DNA from: an uncultured Acidimicrobiia bacterium
Lineage (GTDB): Bacteria > Acidobacteriota > Terriglobia > Versatilivoradales > Versatilivoraceae
Assembly (NCBI GenBank): GCA_963810905.1
Contig: CAWEPG010000002.1
Location: 98,984 to 162,983, forward strand
Length of the DNA stretch: 64,000 nucleotides
Direction: 5' to 3'
Shown: in pieces, positions 1 through 9,921 of the stretch
Numbering within the stretch: the stretch's first letter is position 1
How the letters are laid out: every line of letters starts with the position of its first letter
The notes under the pieces: model-generated
The model's database searches: none
What the model saw: the letters and a program-made list of their open reading frames with translations, nothing else
What the model was told of the DNA's origin: nothing
Made by a program: the position numbers and the translations under genes

Positions 1-1019
1 TTCGGGAAGAACCAGGAGACAGGGAAATTCAGAGTTTCTTCGATGTCTTTTGACCGTATTTCCAGGCTCTTCTGATAGCGATTAATCAAGAGTTTAATCT
101 TGTCTTTCTTATACCCCATTCTTTCAAAAATGGAAAGACATCGCTGTGCATTGCGCAGGGACGGCAAGTCTGTATTCGAGATCAAGAAAATCGTCGTCGA
201 AAGGTCTAAGGCAGAAACGGTATAGTCATCAAAAGTGTTGGAAGTATCAACAATAACGTACTCATAAACACTCTTGAGGAACTGCAGGATCTGGGCGACT
301 TGTGGAGCTCCAATCGATTCCACTTTTTCCAGTGAATCAGGGGCTGCCAGGACATCAAGTCCCGAAGCATGCCTCTTTACAAAACCCTTTAATAAGGCGT
401 CGTCCATCCGATGAATGTTGTCTGCCACATCGACAATATTAAAGGCGGGTTTGATCCCTAGAAACAATGAAACTTCTCCAAGTTGCATGTCCAGGTCTAC
501 CAGGATGGACGGTTTCTTGGTCTGTTCCATTAAACTGACTGCAAAGTTCGTCGAAATGACTGTTGATCCTGTCCCACCTTTTGCACTGAAGAAAGTATAG
601 AGCTTCCCAAACCTTTTCTTGTCCCGATTAACGACAGCGTGGACTTTGCTCACTCGTTCGATCGCATTAAACAGCTGCGGACTTTCGATCGGGGTTGACA
701 AGAATTCCTTCGCACCCGCACGCATGCATCGAAGAATCAGATCTGCATCCGTTCTGTCCCCTGCCACGAAAACGTGACTTTGCTTAGAAAGCTCGACAAT
801 CTTTTCAATCGTTTGAACCCCTTGTTCTTTATCAGGGCTGACATCGACGATAATGATGTCAGATTCCATATTCTTGATCTCGTTAAATATCCAACTGTCG
901 AGTTCCGAATAGAAGTTATTGAGCTCGGCACGTACCTCGATTTGATCGGATCCCTCCAACAACTCTCGGGTCGTGTCTCTAAACTTCTCGTCTGGACTAA
1001 TAATGATGGCAGACAGCAT
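1..1019 (-). CDS. cpaE: Flp pilus assembly protein CpaE/TadZ (receiver-like domain + MinD/ParA-like ATPase), truncated by the window edge
   Basis: Not in the ORF track; translated by hand from ATG 1019 (GGAGCAGGGAACC upstream): MLSAIIISPDEK...RCMRAGAKEFL...FFSAKGGTGSTVISTNFA...LVDLDMQLGEV...YVIVDT. Open to position 1 and directly downstream of cpaC. Confidence 0.9.
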   Translation of the reverse strand, partial: MLSAIIISPDEKFRDTTRELLEGSDQIEVRAELNNFYSELDSWIFNEIKNMESDIIIVDVSPDKEQGVQTIEKIVELSKQSHVFVAGDRTDADLILRCMRAGAKEFLSTPIESPQLFNAIERVSKVHAVVNRDKKRFGKLYTFFSAKGGTGSTVISTNFAVSLMEQTKKPSILVDLDMQLGEVSLFLGIKPAFNIVDVADNIHRMDDALLKGFVKRHASGLDVLAAPDSLEKVESIGAPQVAQILQFLKSVYEYVIVDTSNTFDDYTVSALDLSTTIFLISNTDLPSLRNAQRCLSIFERMGYKKDKIKLLINRYQKSLEIRSKDIEETLNFPVSWFFP

Positions 1020-1046
1020 TGGTTCCCTGCTCCCTTCAAAAACTCG

Positions 1047-2582
1047 CTATTTGGGATTAGCCGTCCCACTGTCGGGGCTCGCTTTACTACTTTGTTTATC
1101 AGCTGCCCCTACTTTACCATCGAATTTATATTCATCCAAAAAAGGTTTTGGCATTTCAGGCACTGGTGGAACTTGGTCCGGATTCAATGGCTTCACAAAT
1201 TTAGGAGTAACTAAAACAATCAGCTCAGTCTTAGACTTTTTTATTTCTCGACTTTTGAATAAATAGCCAATGATTGGCAAGTCCCCCAACCCTGGAATCT
1301 TGTTTCCAATTTCAGTCACTCGATTATCGAGCAACCCGGCAATGGCGAAGCTCTGTCCGTCGGCTAGTTCAACTTCGGTTTCCGCTCGTCGCGTGCTCAG
1401 TGCGGGGACCAGGAATCCTCCGATGTTCACTGCGTTATTAAAGTCTAGCGCGCTTACTTCCGGTTTTACTTTGAGCCGAATCTTTCCACTAGAAGTCACC
1501 GTAGGGGTAAAATTCAACCGGACTCCAAATTCTTTAAACTGAATCGTGACCGTATTGATGTTCGCCCCACCTTGTACTACCGGAAATGGGAATTCTCCGC
1601 CTGCCAGGAAACTCGCTTCTTTTCCATTCGAAGCCATCAAATTGGGTTCAGCCAGGATCTGGAGCAAATTCTTTTGTTGTAGGGCCTTAATTGTGACACC
1701 TATGTTGATATCTTGATTGAATGCAAAAATATTTAAGGCATCCTGCAAGAGCAAATTCGCAAGTCTCCCTCCTTGGTCAATACTCGAATTATTTAAAGGA
1801 GCACCAAACTGTTCAGTTCCAACTGAACCTATAGTATGGCCTGCTCCGGTGCTGAAAATATTGACTCCCAATTGCTGACCCGCTGCACGATCAACGTCGG
1901 CGAACTTGACCATAAGCAAGATCTGCTCCGTATCGGGTGGAGGGGGCAACTGCAGGAGGTTGATCACCTTAGGGGAAAAGGACCCGGAAATTTCAATGGC
2001 TTTTTCCACTACTCGCGGATCACTGGCTGATCCCGAAAGAACCACTGCGCCCTTGGCGGAAGACACGTTGATATTTTCGGTGGGAAACTGTTCCTCTAGC
2101 TGGCGCTGCAAGAGGGATAGGTCTATTTCCACGACCAAATCGTAACTCGTGCTTTTCCCGTTTTTGTCCCACAAGATCAAGCTCACAATTCCGGGAGTCT
2201 TCCCGTTGATCATGACTTGTTGAGGAGAAATCACCAGTGCATCAGCAATTTCAGTGCTGGTGACGGCGACTCGTTCAATCGGCTCCGCCGTGTTAACAAT
2301 GATGGACTTCGAAGCAATCACCGTAAGTTGTGGGACTTCTGAGACCTGAGGCTTTGAAGATTGCCCCGTTTGGGCTGTCGCCGGAAGAATCAGGAGAATC
2401 CAGGCGGAAATGACCAATAACCACGAATTCCTGATCGCCTGAATCGAGAGCCTTTTGTTATCGAGTGCGAGTTGCAGCATTTGAGTTTCTCCTCCAAAAG
2501 ACGCAGGACCTAGGTTGGGATAAGGTTTTGATTTCCCTTTATCCTTCCGGAATGATTTCCGAATAGGGCCTCGCGTTATCAT
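1047..2582 (-). CDS. cpaC: Tad secretin CpaC/RcpA (type II/III secretion system secretin family)
   Basis: Signal-like N-terminus, pil_N/BON region, and secretin motifs LAEPNLMASNGKEASFLAGGEFP and IPGLGDLPIIGYLFKS. True start may be the ATG near 2480. Confidence 0.93.
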   Translation of the reverse strand: MITRGPIRKSFRKDKGKSKPYPNLGPASFGGETQMLQLALDNKRLSIQAIRNSWLLVISAWILLILPATAQTGQSSKPQVSEVPQLTVIASKSIIVNTAEPIERVAVTSTEIADALVISPQQVMINGKTPGIVSLILWDKNGKSTSYDLVVEIDLSLLQRQLEEQFPTENINVSSAKGAVVLSGSASDPRVVEKAIEISGSFSPKVINLLQLPPPPDTEQILLMVKFADVDRAAGQQLGVNIFSTGAGHTIGSVGTEQFGAPLNNSSIDQGGRLANLLLQDALNIFAFNQDINIGVTIKALQQKNLLQILAEPNLMASNGKEASFLAGGEFPFPVVQGGANINTVTIQFKEFGVRLNFTPTVTSSGKIRLKVKPEVSALDFNNAVNIGGFLVPALSTRRAETEVELADGQSFAIAGLLDNRVTEIGNKIPGLGDLPIIGYLFKSREIKKSKTELIVLVTPKFVKPLNPDQVPPVPEMPKPFLDEYKFDGKVGAADKQSSKASPDSGTANPK

Positions 2583-2743
2583 CCAAGTATTTCGACCTTA
2601 CTAGTCTTCATGATTAGGGGAATTGCTTCCCAGTTCCCGTTATTCAAAACTCCAAAATCCTTTTTCGTAAATTCGGCTTTTCCAATTCACTTCTAACCAT
2701 AAACCGCAAGGCGAGCGCATTGCCCCGTGCATTCTGCTCAATT

Positions 2744-3589
2744 TCAGAACTTGACGGTGGAGCGCTGCTCGCCTTTAATGACTTCAATATTTGTTGCTGG
2801 AGACACGGGTGGTTGGGGTGCGGCTATGGACTGAGGAACCTTGGGCGCCCTTCGAACCGCAGTGGGCGCAGGCGGCGGCGCACCACCCCGCATTAATTGA
2901 CTCATCTGTATTCCGCGAGTCTTGGCTTCTTCCAGATCCAGCGGGTGCCTCAAAGCTAATTGGAACTGCCCTTGTGTGCTAGCACTCGTGATTTTTTCCG
3001 CATCTTCAGGCGTAACAAATAAGGTAACCACCGTAACTGTCACTGGTTTCCCTTCTGGATCCTTTTGAATCACTTGTCCGGCCGTGGCAACCTCAACGTT
3101 TTGAATAACAATCTTAGATATGGGTTCTTGGGCGCCCTGAGGCGAAGCAGTAAGAATGACATCGACTCTTGTTCCGGCAATTACGAACCCGGCAACTCCG
3201 ATAATTTCATTGGCACGGATAGAGACCGCCCTCATCCCCTGCGGGATAATTGGAGGCAGTCCCGCACCCGTCCCTTTCGGGGCCAGTTTCGATTCGAGGA
3301 TAGGTTCATTCTCAACGAGAGGCTGGATAGTCCCACGAGAGACAAGATCTTCTTTTCGATCGAAATAGCCCTGAGGAACGTTGGGGGCAGGCCAAGGGAC
3401 AAACTTAAGGTTCTCGTCTTTCAACAGAGTCCCGAGAGGCAAGGTGCCTGCTGCCACAACAATGTTCTTCTCGGGCGTTTTGACAATAGTTGGTGGCCGA
3501 TTCTGCAAGAAATTGTACACCGCATAACTTAGAATCCCCCCGACGAGAACCGCAACCAGCAGTACAATTAATGTTCTTGCTCTGTTCAT
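2744..3589 (-). CDS. cpaB: Flp pilus assembly protein CpaB/RcpC (SAF domain)
   Basis: N-terminal TM helix, VVAAGTLPLGTLL (SAF), GMRAVSI...GVAGFVIAGTRVDVILT; position in the tad locus. Confidence 0.93.
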   Translation of the reverse strand: MNRARTLIVLLVAVLVGGILSYAVYNFLQNRPPTIVKTPEKNIVVAAGTLPLGTLLKDENLKFVPWPAPNVPQGYFDRKEDLVSRGTIQPLVENEPILESKLAPKGTGAGLPPIIPQGMRAVSIRANEIIGVAGFVIAGTRVDVILTASPQGAQEPISKIVIQNVEVATAGQVIQKDPEGKPVTVTVVTLFVTPEDAEKITSASTQGQFQLALRHPLDLEEAKTRGIQMSQLMRGGAPPPAPTAVRRAPKVPQSIAAPQPPVSPATNIEVIKGEQRSTVKF

Positions 3590-3613
3590 TTCGAGCTCCT
3601 TTAAAAGTGACGA

Positions 3614-4183
3614 CTATTTGAACCAGATCAAGCGAACCGAGCCACTTTGGAACGCCACGCCTGGGATGTTTTGAAGCCATACCGCTATGATTGCACCTAA
3701 GGCTATAGCAACTCCATATGGCAGCTTAAGTAAAGATTGGTTTCGAATGGTCATAATCGTTTCAGACGTAGAGGTTCGCAATATCCATCCAAAAAGGAGA
3801 AACCTGAGATTTTGCAAAGTCTGAGAGAAAGCCCTTTTGTAAATAATGAGCATTAATGCCAATACTCCTCCAACGAGAGCCATCCAAATAAATGTGTAAA
3901 ACACCAATTTGGGGCCGACAAACGCACCAACCGTGCTTAACAGCTTGACGTCTCCCGCCCCCATCCCCCCCCAAAGGTAAAGCAAAAAAAGCAATGAGAA
4001 CCCTGTACCAATACCAAGGATACTCCATACTAACCCTTGTATACCTGACAGGATGAAATTCAGTAGAACAGCAAGTAGGGCAGATGACAGGGTCAGCCAA
4101 TTTGGAATCTTGTTCTCACGGATATCCGTGACGGCCGCCAATACTACACAAAGAACAACAGGTATGGAGATCAGAAGGCTCAT
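3614..4183 (-). CDS. cpaA: Prepilin peptidase CpaA/TadV (A24 family)
   Basis: AVTDIRENKIPN, GMGAGDVKLL and LPYGVAIALG motifs; multiple TM helices. Confidence 0.93.
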   Translation of the reverse strand: MSLLISIPVVLCVVLAAVTDIRENKIPNWLTLSSALLAVLLNFILSGIQGLVWSILGIGTGFSLLFLLYLWGGMGAGDVKLLSTVGAFVGPKLVFYTFIWMALVGGVLALMLIIYKRAFSQTLQNLRFLLFGWILRTSTSETIMTIRNQSLLKLPYGVAIALGAIIAVWLQNIPGVAFQSGSVRLIWFK

Positions 4184-4530
4184 TGAAATACAAAAATAGT
4201 ACTACTTGGGTTTTTCCATTTAATACTTCGTAGGCTCAATAAGCTCGTCTAGTTACGATAATGTAATCTAGCAAGCCCAAGAAGGTCCACTACAAAATCC
4301 AACTCTCGCCAAGCCTATGTCAAATATGCCACATATCGGGACATCCTCTGGAACTTTGACGAATGCCCTTGAAGAGAGAAATCTGGATTGAAACGCAACA
4401 CTTCACTTCACCTTTTGCCAAATCAAATTCACAAATTATAACACAACCCTTGAATCCACAACGGGATATTCGAATTCCAATTTCCAAATATCCTATCGGC
4501 TGTTTTTTTCATGAGATTAGAAAAATGAGC

Positions 4531-4563
4531 AAAAAAAAAGTCCAGCGGGATAGCCCGCTGGAC
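4531..4563 (-). terminator. Rho-independent terminator after flp
   Basis: Perfect 10-bp stem GTCCAGCGGG/CCCGCTGGAC with a 4-nt loop, followed on the minus strand by 9 T, 20 nt after the flp stop. Confidence 0.85.
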
Positions 4564-4583
4564 TGGTCATTCAGACAACTAGC

Positions 4584-4757
4584 TTATGAACCTGATTCAA
4601 GGGTAGACTTTGCTCTTACGAAGACATTGCTGACAGCCTGGCCTAACGCCGGCAGCGCAGTAATGGCTGCTAAAGCCAAGAAGACCAACAGCAAAGCGTA
4701 CTCAACCAGATCCTGCCCTTCTTCTTCCTTTACAAACCTCTTCATTAATTCACTCAT
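4584..4757 (-). CDS. flp: Flp family type IVb pilin
   Basis: ATG 4757 with AAGGAG RBS. MSELMKRFVKEEEG|QDLVEYALLL carries the Flp G|xxxxEY motif and hydrophobic helix; 57 aa. Confidence 0.95.
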   Translation of the reverse strand: MSELMKRFVKEEEGQDLVEYALLLVFLALAAITALPALGQAVSNVFVRAKSTLESGS

Positions 4758-5586
4758 TGTTTTTCTCCTTAATTGGTTTTGAAAGTATTTCCGTCTAGTT
4801 CTACTCTTGAAGTATCGAAAAGGATTTCGCATTTGAAGTTCTTATCCGTCATCGATATAGTCTGTCTCCATCACCTCGCTCCCGCCCACCTGAAATCATC
4901 TTTGGACGGGAAGTCGCCAGCTGTTCTGGCTGCAAATATTTCTCTCTGCGGTATCATGTGCAACTTCCAGACCAAAGATCGTTACAGATTTTTTTCCAGC
5001 GCCAAATTAACAATAAGTCAAGCAAAGTAAACTTATACAATAATTTAACTGATTATTCTTATCCTAGGAAATTATTTCCTTTTGATCCCAATATAGAAAT
5101 CAGATTCCCAATTTTGTCTATGCCGTTATCTATATTGGAATATTTTTGATGCATATCACTTATTTCCTCTATTATGGGTTCTTTTGGGACTTCCGTGCTC
5201 TCTAACTCGGTTAATGCCCAGCCACCCAATTTAGTTTTCATTGTAATAGCCTCTTCCATCGCACTTAACCATCCCAGGACAATTATCGTCATCTGAGGGG
5301 ATGGAAATATCTGAAATCTTGGTGAGTCTCTGCTCCTTATACTGTAACTCCAACTCGACTTCTCTTTCCATGTTGGCATTATCGGGAAGTTGAGATAAAG
5401 AATCAATTGGACAAGAGGAGGATTTTGCGAAGGTCAAAAGGTCTAAATGGGGGGCGATCGAGGTACGAAGAAAGTCGTAGTCTTAACTCTAAACCGCTTA
5501 TTCAAAGCAACTTAAGTTTTGTGAAATTCTTATTATTCCCAGGAGAGACGTTGAGAATACCCAAAATAAATTGCCTGTTTCCCGAT

Positions 5587-6255
5587 TTAACGATTACTAA
5601 CCAAGCCATTTCGCATGGCATAGAGTGCAAGCTCCAAACGGTCGTTGACACCCAACTTTTGGAAAATGTTGCTGAGATGAGTCTTTACGGTTTGTTCACT
5701 GATAAACAGCTTACTCGCAATTTCTTTATTCCGGTGCCCAGACGCTATTAGCACAACAACTTCCGTTTCCCGTTCAGACAAATCCTTCCGGCCCCTTTCA
5801 GGGCGACTGTCTACACGGAATTTGCGCGAAAGTGACTCCACCACTTGTGTCATTGTTGAACTATCTGCCCACAGTTCCCCATCAATAACCTTGTGAATTC
5901 CTTTGATCAGGAATTCACTTGCAGCGTGCTTCAAAATGATCCCCCTGGCACCATCCCTGATTGCTTTGACGCTTTCAGCAAGGCTAACTTGTGCAGTCAG
6001 AATGATTACCTTGAGCTGGGGATACTGGTCAATGATCTGGGGAAGAATCTGTAGCCCATTGATTTTTTCCATCTTAATGTCGAGAAGCATGATATCGATT
6101 GGGCAACGATTCAGAAGGCCAAGGACCTCCTCGCCGTCTGTTGCCTCTCCCACAACCTCAACGTCCTGTTCTAGCGAAAGTATCTTCTTGATACCTTCTC
6201 TAAATAGAGTATGGTCATCAACAATCGCAACCTTGATTTTGGGAGTGGTAAGCAT
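5587..6255 (-). CDS. NarL/LuxR-family DNA-binding response regulator
   Basis: KVAIVDDH, MLLDIKM phospho-Asp, and LSERETEVVVLIASGHRNKEIASKLFISEQTVKTH HTH. Likely start ATG 6255 (the ORF extends to 6387). Confidence 0.95.
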   Translation of the reverse strand: MLTTPKIKVAIVDDHTLFREGIKKILSLEQDVEVVGEATDGEEVLGLLNRCPIDIMLLDIKMEKINGLQILPQIIDQYPQLKVIILTAQVSLAESVKAIRDGARGIILKHAASEFLIKGIHKVIDGELWADSSTMTQVVESLSRKFRVDSRPERGRKDLSERETEVVVLIASGHRNKEIASKLFISEQTVKTHLSNIFQKLGVNDRLELALYAMRNGLVSNR

Positions 6256-6470
6256 GCAAGTCCCTCCAAATAAAACGATTCTTAGGCTCTCGGATTCCAA
6301 GAGTCCAAGCAGAACAACCCCTAACAATAGGAACAAATCGTGCGTAGGCCAACGCAAATCCCGTTCCGCTACATGCCTGCATGGCAAAAGAAGTCAAATT
6401 CCTATTTATCCTATGACCCAAACCATGATGAAAACAGACACTGCCACTAGTGTTCATTGATTTGGTTACC

Positions 6471-8216
6471 TTAATTTGGCTTTACCCCACTGAACTCCCC
6501 ATAAGTTGATGCCACCTGCATTGGAATACTGATAGTCAAGCGACACCCTTGACCAGGAGTAGACTCTACCAGTGTAGACCCTTGCAGAGCATTGGCCCTT
6601 TCGGAGATAGACCAAGGAACGCCCTTCCCTTTCCTATCCTCATTCGAGTGTGCAGAAAATCCATGTCCATCATCAGATACAACCAGGGAGAAGAGGTCTT
6701 CTTTCTGGATTAGTTCCACCAAGACGTGCTTTGCTCCGGAATGTTTCCTGACGTTGGTGAGAGCTTCATGAATGATTTGGTAAAACTCCCGGCTAACCTT
6801 TCTTGGTAAGCGGAGAGGGCTGTTGGGAACGGAAACCTTCACTTTGAGATTATTCTCCCGTTGGTAGGCTTTGACATAGCTCCGTATGGCCTTTTCGAGT
6901 TCTTCACCATCAAACGAGGGGGTTCTCAGCCTCCTCATATAATTCCTCAATTCCGAGTACTCGTCACGGACAATGCTTTGTAACTCATCTAATTCACCTT
7001 TAAAACTTGATGAGGAGTTTTGAAACATCTTACGACAGACCTCAAGCCGTATATCTAAACTGGCAAGCGACTGAACCAAGCCATCGTGGAGGTCTCGAGC
7101 GATACGGTTCTTTTCTTCGAGCACGGAGATTTTTTGCATTCGTTGTAATAAGCGGTAATTGTCTAGCAAAGGAGCCAATTGAGAGACAAGTAATTTCAGG
7201 TATTGGAGGTCAGAGCTGGAGAAGATCCCATTTCTTCGGTTCACCAAGTAGGTCCGCCCCACATAAGTTCCCCCAACATAGACCGGAACTGAAAGCATAG
7301 ACTTCATTTCAAAAAGAGTTGCTAGTTGACGGCTAGGGTGAAACCCTTGAGAGACAGGCTTCTGGGATTCAAAGTCGTAAACGAATATGTCTTTGACGGC
7401 AAGTAGCTTGATTAATTGGTTCTGAGGGTTTATGAAATACCCCCAATTCTTTCGCGGCGCCATGAGAAATTCCATTTCACTGGATGGGAGCCCCCCAACC
7501 TGGTAAAAGCGGTTTCCCAAGGAAATGCCCACTTTTCGAAGGGAAATCCGTTTTGACAGATCATCCTCTAACACGAGGATACACTGTTCCACGCGAAAAA
7601 GCCGGCGCACTTGCTCCATGGACGCCTCCAGCATCCGCGGGAACGACGCTTTCACCAAAATGGAACTGGACAATTCTGCTAGGGAAATCAATTGTCTCTG
7701 GACTCTTCTCTGGTGTTCCCCCAGATAGCCGATAAGGCAGGCCAAAACGTACAAATAGGTTGGCCGAACCCAAAATCGGTTGAAATTAAACCCTTCCTGC
7801 ACGGTGGCAAAATGGACAATAACGTACATACCTACATTTGCAGTGTTGACAAATAGCGCCTCCCTAAACCCCCAGCGAAAACTTGCCGTGATCAGTGAGA
7901 ATACATAATAGAGAAAGAAAGGACTATTTTCCCCTTGTGTGCGCAGGAGGATAAGAGGAAACCAAAGAGTATCGACGACTTGTGTGCCAAATCCTAACCT
8001 GTCTACCCGCATTAAGTTGCGGTCAACGATCCAGACCACGGCAAACGCGTAAAGGAAATATAAGACAACGACACTATATGCAGTACCAGACTCGGGATCT
8101 GCTGGATTCGGGTAAAGCAACACCAAACCGATTGCTGCGATGGCCAGGACAAGCCTGGCCCCCGCAATAATCCGTTCGGTACGTACGATCCTTTCGTCCA
8201 TGATTCCTGAACTCAA
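6471..8216 (-). CDS. Membrane sensor histidine kinase (TM + GAF-like + HisKA_3 + HATPase)
   Basis: EKNRIARDLHDGLVQSL H-box, EALTNVRKHS N-box, DDGHGF G1; multi-TM N-terminus. Confidence 0.93.
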   Translation of the reverse strand: MSSGIMDERIVRTERIIAGARLVLAIAAIGLVLLYPNPADPESGTAYSVVVLYFLYAFAVVWIVDRNLMRVDRLGFGTQVVDTLWFPLILLRTQGENSPFFLYYVFSLITASFRWGFREALFVNTANVGMYVIVHFATVQEGFNFNRFWVRPTYLYVLACLIGYLGEHQRRVQRQLISLAELSSSILVKASFPRMLEASMEQVRRLFRVEQCILVLEDDLSKRISLRKVGISLGNRFYQVGGLPSSEMEFLMAPRKNWGYFINPQNQLIKLLAVKDIFVYDFESQKPVSQGFHPSRQLATLFEMKSMLSVPVYVGGTYVGRTYLVNRRNGIFSSSDLQYLKLLVSQLAPLLDNYRLLQRMQKISVLEEKNRIARDLHDGLVQSLASLDIRLEVCRKMFQNSSSSFKGELDELQSIVRDEYSELRNYMRRLRTPSFDGEELEKAIRSYVKAYQRENNLKVKVSVPNSPLRLPRKVSREFYQIIHEALTNVRKHSGAKHVLVELIQKEDLFSLVVSDDGHGFSAHSNEDRKGKGVPWSISERANALQGSTLVESTPGQGCRLTISIPMQVASTYGEFSGVKPN

Positions 8217-8243
8217 TGGGTTTTTATTTACAAACTCACTTTT

Positions 8244-9893
8244 CTATTTCGTCTTCCTGACAAAGATGATGGCTCTGTGGTCGTCATAGACGACCTTCCA
8301 TTCCGGCAAATCCTTCAGGGCAGCGGGAAGTGGTACGTCAAATGGCAAAAGCATCCACTCGATCCTATACTTGTCGACAACACTTTTCCAGTCGAACTCG
8401 AGATTGACCAGTTTCAGGTAGTCCTTCATAATTTCTTCACCATACATGTCGCTGCGTCCGTCGAAAAAAACTGGGTAGCGCGGATAAAATCGATAAATGA
8501 GATACCCTCCCCACTGGTCTGTTGTGAATAGGTTTCCGTTCAAACTCTGCTTATCCATGAAATCCGCTGCGGCAACAGGGAATTTGTCCGAGTCGAAATT
8601 CTTATTCATCACTTGCGTGCCGAATAGCCTTCCATGGTTAAGAGAAATAAGAACTAAGATTACGACTGCTAGAATTGGATAAATGACGCCCTTGAATTGG
8701 TTCTCAAATCCAGTGATGTTCATCGAATATCCGCGAAACCATCCTGCCAACTTCTTTACCCAGCTCTTCAAATCTTGTAATTTTTCGACATTTTCTAGGT
8801 ATTCAGTCAAGTGATACACCACGATGGGCACTACTATCAGCGCATACAAAGGGATATGCCGGGCAGAAAGAAGCGCCATATGTGTCCAGAAAACCAAAAG
8901 GCCGATTTCGACAAAGCTGAAACCTCGAAGTGAAATGGAGGCAACCACTGTCGCCATCAAAATGAGTAGTTCAAAAAACTTGACGACTCCGACATGAAAG
9001 CTTGGGGATCGGAACTCTGTGATATTGTCCATCAGATGATTGGAGCTGATATAGGACTCGATGATATGTGTGTGAAGACTGACTCCATACGGGTTTATGA
9101 AGCTGACCAACAAACACACTCCGAAGACTTTAGTTAAGGTGATCGCTCGTGATCTGGCCTTTGACTGTTCGTCTTCCTCGGCACAAGTCAGGCTTCGCAA
9201 TAGATTCCCCAGGGCATAGATAAGCAACACAATTAAACCAACAACAAATCCCGCGTGAAGATTTGCCCACAAAAGCATTACGGGGGGAAGAATATACAAA
9301 CTTCGTAAATCAGTGTTGTGTTCAAAACGTTCTAGAAAAATATACCAGACCAACAGCAGAAGCATCGTAAAGAGATGGGGGCGGGCAAGCCAATGAATAG
9401 AAGCCGCAAAGCCCGCAAGCCCGGACAGGATCACAGCCACGAAAATGTTTCCACCTCTCTTAAGGGCCCAGACAAAAAGAAGCGTGAATGTGATCGCAAA
9501 GGTGATATTGGCCCAGACCACAATCCCATTGAGGCCTGCATATCTGTGAATGATGGCCATCATAACGTCTGACAGCCATTCCCAGGCAAACCAGGGCCTT
9601 CCATGGGCGGTGTAGGAAAAATAGTCTTCATGTGGCAGGCGCATTGTTTTCAGAATTTGCTCCCCATTACGGATATGCCAACCTGTGTCACTGTCGCCCA
9701 GACAGGCTGATGAACTCCCCATTAATGGTGCAAAGAGGTAAGCCAGAAACAGGATGTCTTTTATGGACGGGAAAAGCCAGCGAGCCAAACCACTGTATTG
9801 GGTGGGGGGAAGCCCCGAGGATTTACGCATGCAATTTCTTTGACAGGTATCGAGTGGGTGAATTCCCCGCCCCGAAATTATTCTTTTCCTCAA
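8244..9893 (-). CDS. Polytopic membrane protein, putative GT-C-fold glycosyltransferase
   Basis: DSDTGWHIRNG...DYFSYT...WFAWEWLSD in the first loop, RPHLFT, LWANLHAGF, about 11 TM helices and a soluble C-terminal domain. Start uncertain (ATG near 9830). Confidence 0.7.
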   Translation of the reverse strand: MRKRIISGRGIHPLDTCQRNCMRKSSGLPPTQYSGLARWLFPSIKDILFLAYLFAPLMGSSSACLGDSDTGWHIRNGEQILKTMRLPHEDYFSYTAHGRPWFAWEWLSDVMMAIIHRYAGLNGIVVWANITFAITFTLLFVWALKRGGNIFVAVILSGLAGFAASIHWLARPHLFTMLLLLVWYIFLERFEHNTDLRSLYILPPVMLLWANLHAGFVVGLIVLLIYALGNLLRSLTCAEEDEQSKARSRAITLTKVFGVCLLVSFINPYGVSLHTHIIESYISSNHLMDNITEFRSPSFHVGVVKFFELLILMATVVASISLRGFSFVEIGLLVFWTHMALLSARHIPLYALIVVPIVVYHLTEYLENVEKLQDLKSWVKKLAGWFRGYSMNITGFENQFKGVIYPILAVVILVLISLNHGRLFGTQVMNKNFDSDKFPVAAADFMDKQSLNGNLFTTDQWGGYLIYRFYPRYPVFFDGRSDMYGEEIMKDYLKLVNLEFDWKSVVDKYRIEWMLLPFDVPLPAALKDLPEWKVVYDDHRAIIFVRKTK

Positions 9894-9905
9894 ACATCTA
9901 TCAAG

Positions 9906-9921
9906 GCAAGGGAATGTGCCA
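9906..9921 (-). promoter_or_regulatory. Sigma54-like -24/-12 motif with one extra spacer base
   Basis: Minus strand reads TGGCAC-ATTCCC-TTGC; the consensus needs a 5-nt spacer and this has 6. Lies upstream of the GT-C gene. Confidence 0.25.

Noticed and set aside
737-1266. ORF-track entries 737-1069(-), 774-1214(+) and 973-1266(+)
   Set aside because: Shadow or antisense frames of cpaE and cpaC; the real cpaE frame runs off the window and was missed by the track.
5059-5437. Overlapping minus-strand ORFs (115 and 68 aa) between the regulator and flp
   Set aside because: No recognisable motif or RBS. An ISDIS segment hinted at PilZ, but the RxxxR and DxSxxG pattern is absent.
4760-5586. c-di-GMP-I/II or cGAMP riboswitch upstream of the pilin
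   Set aside because: The GGCAAA/GCAAAG and GNRA-receptor cores were not found on either strand.
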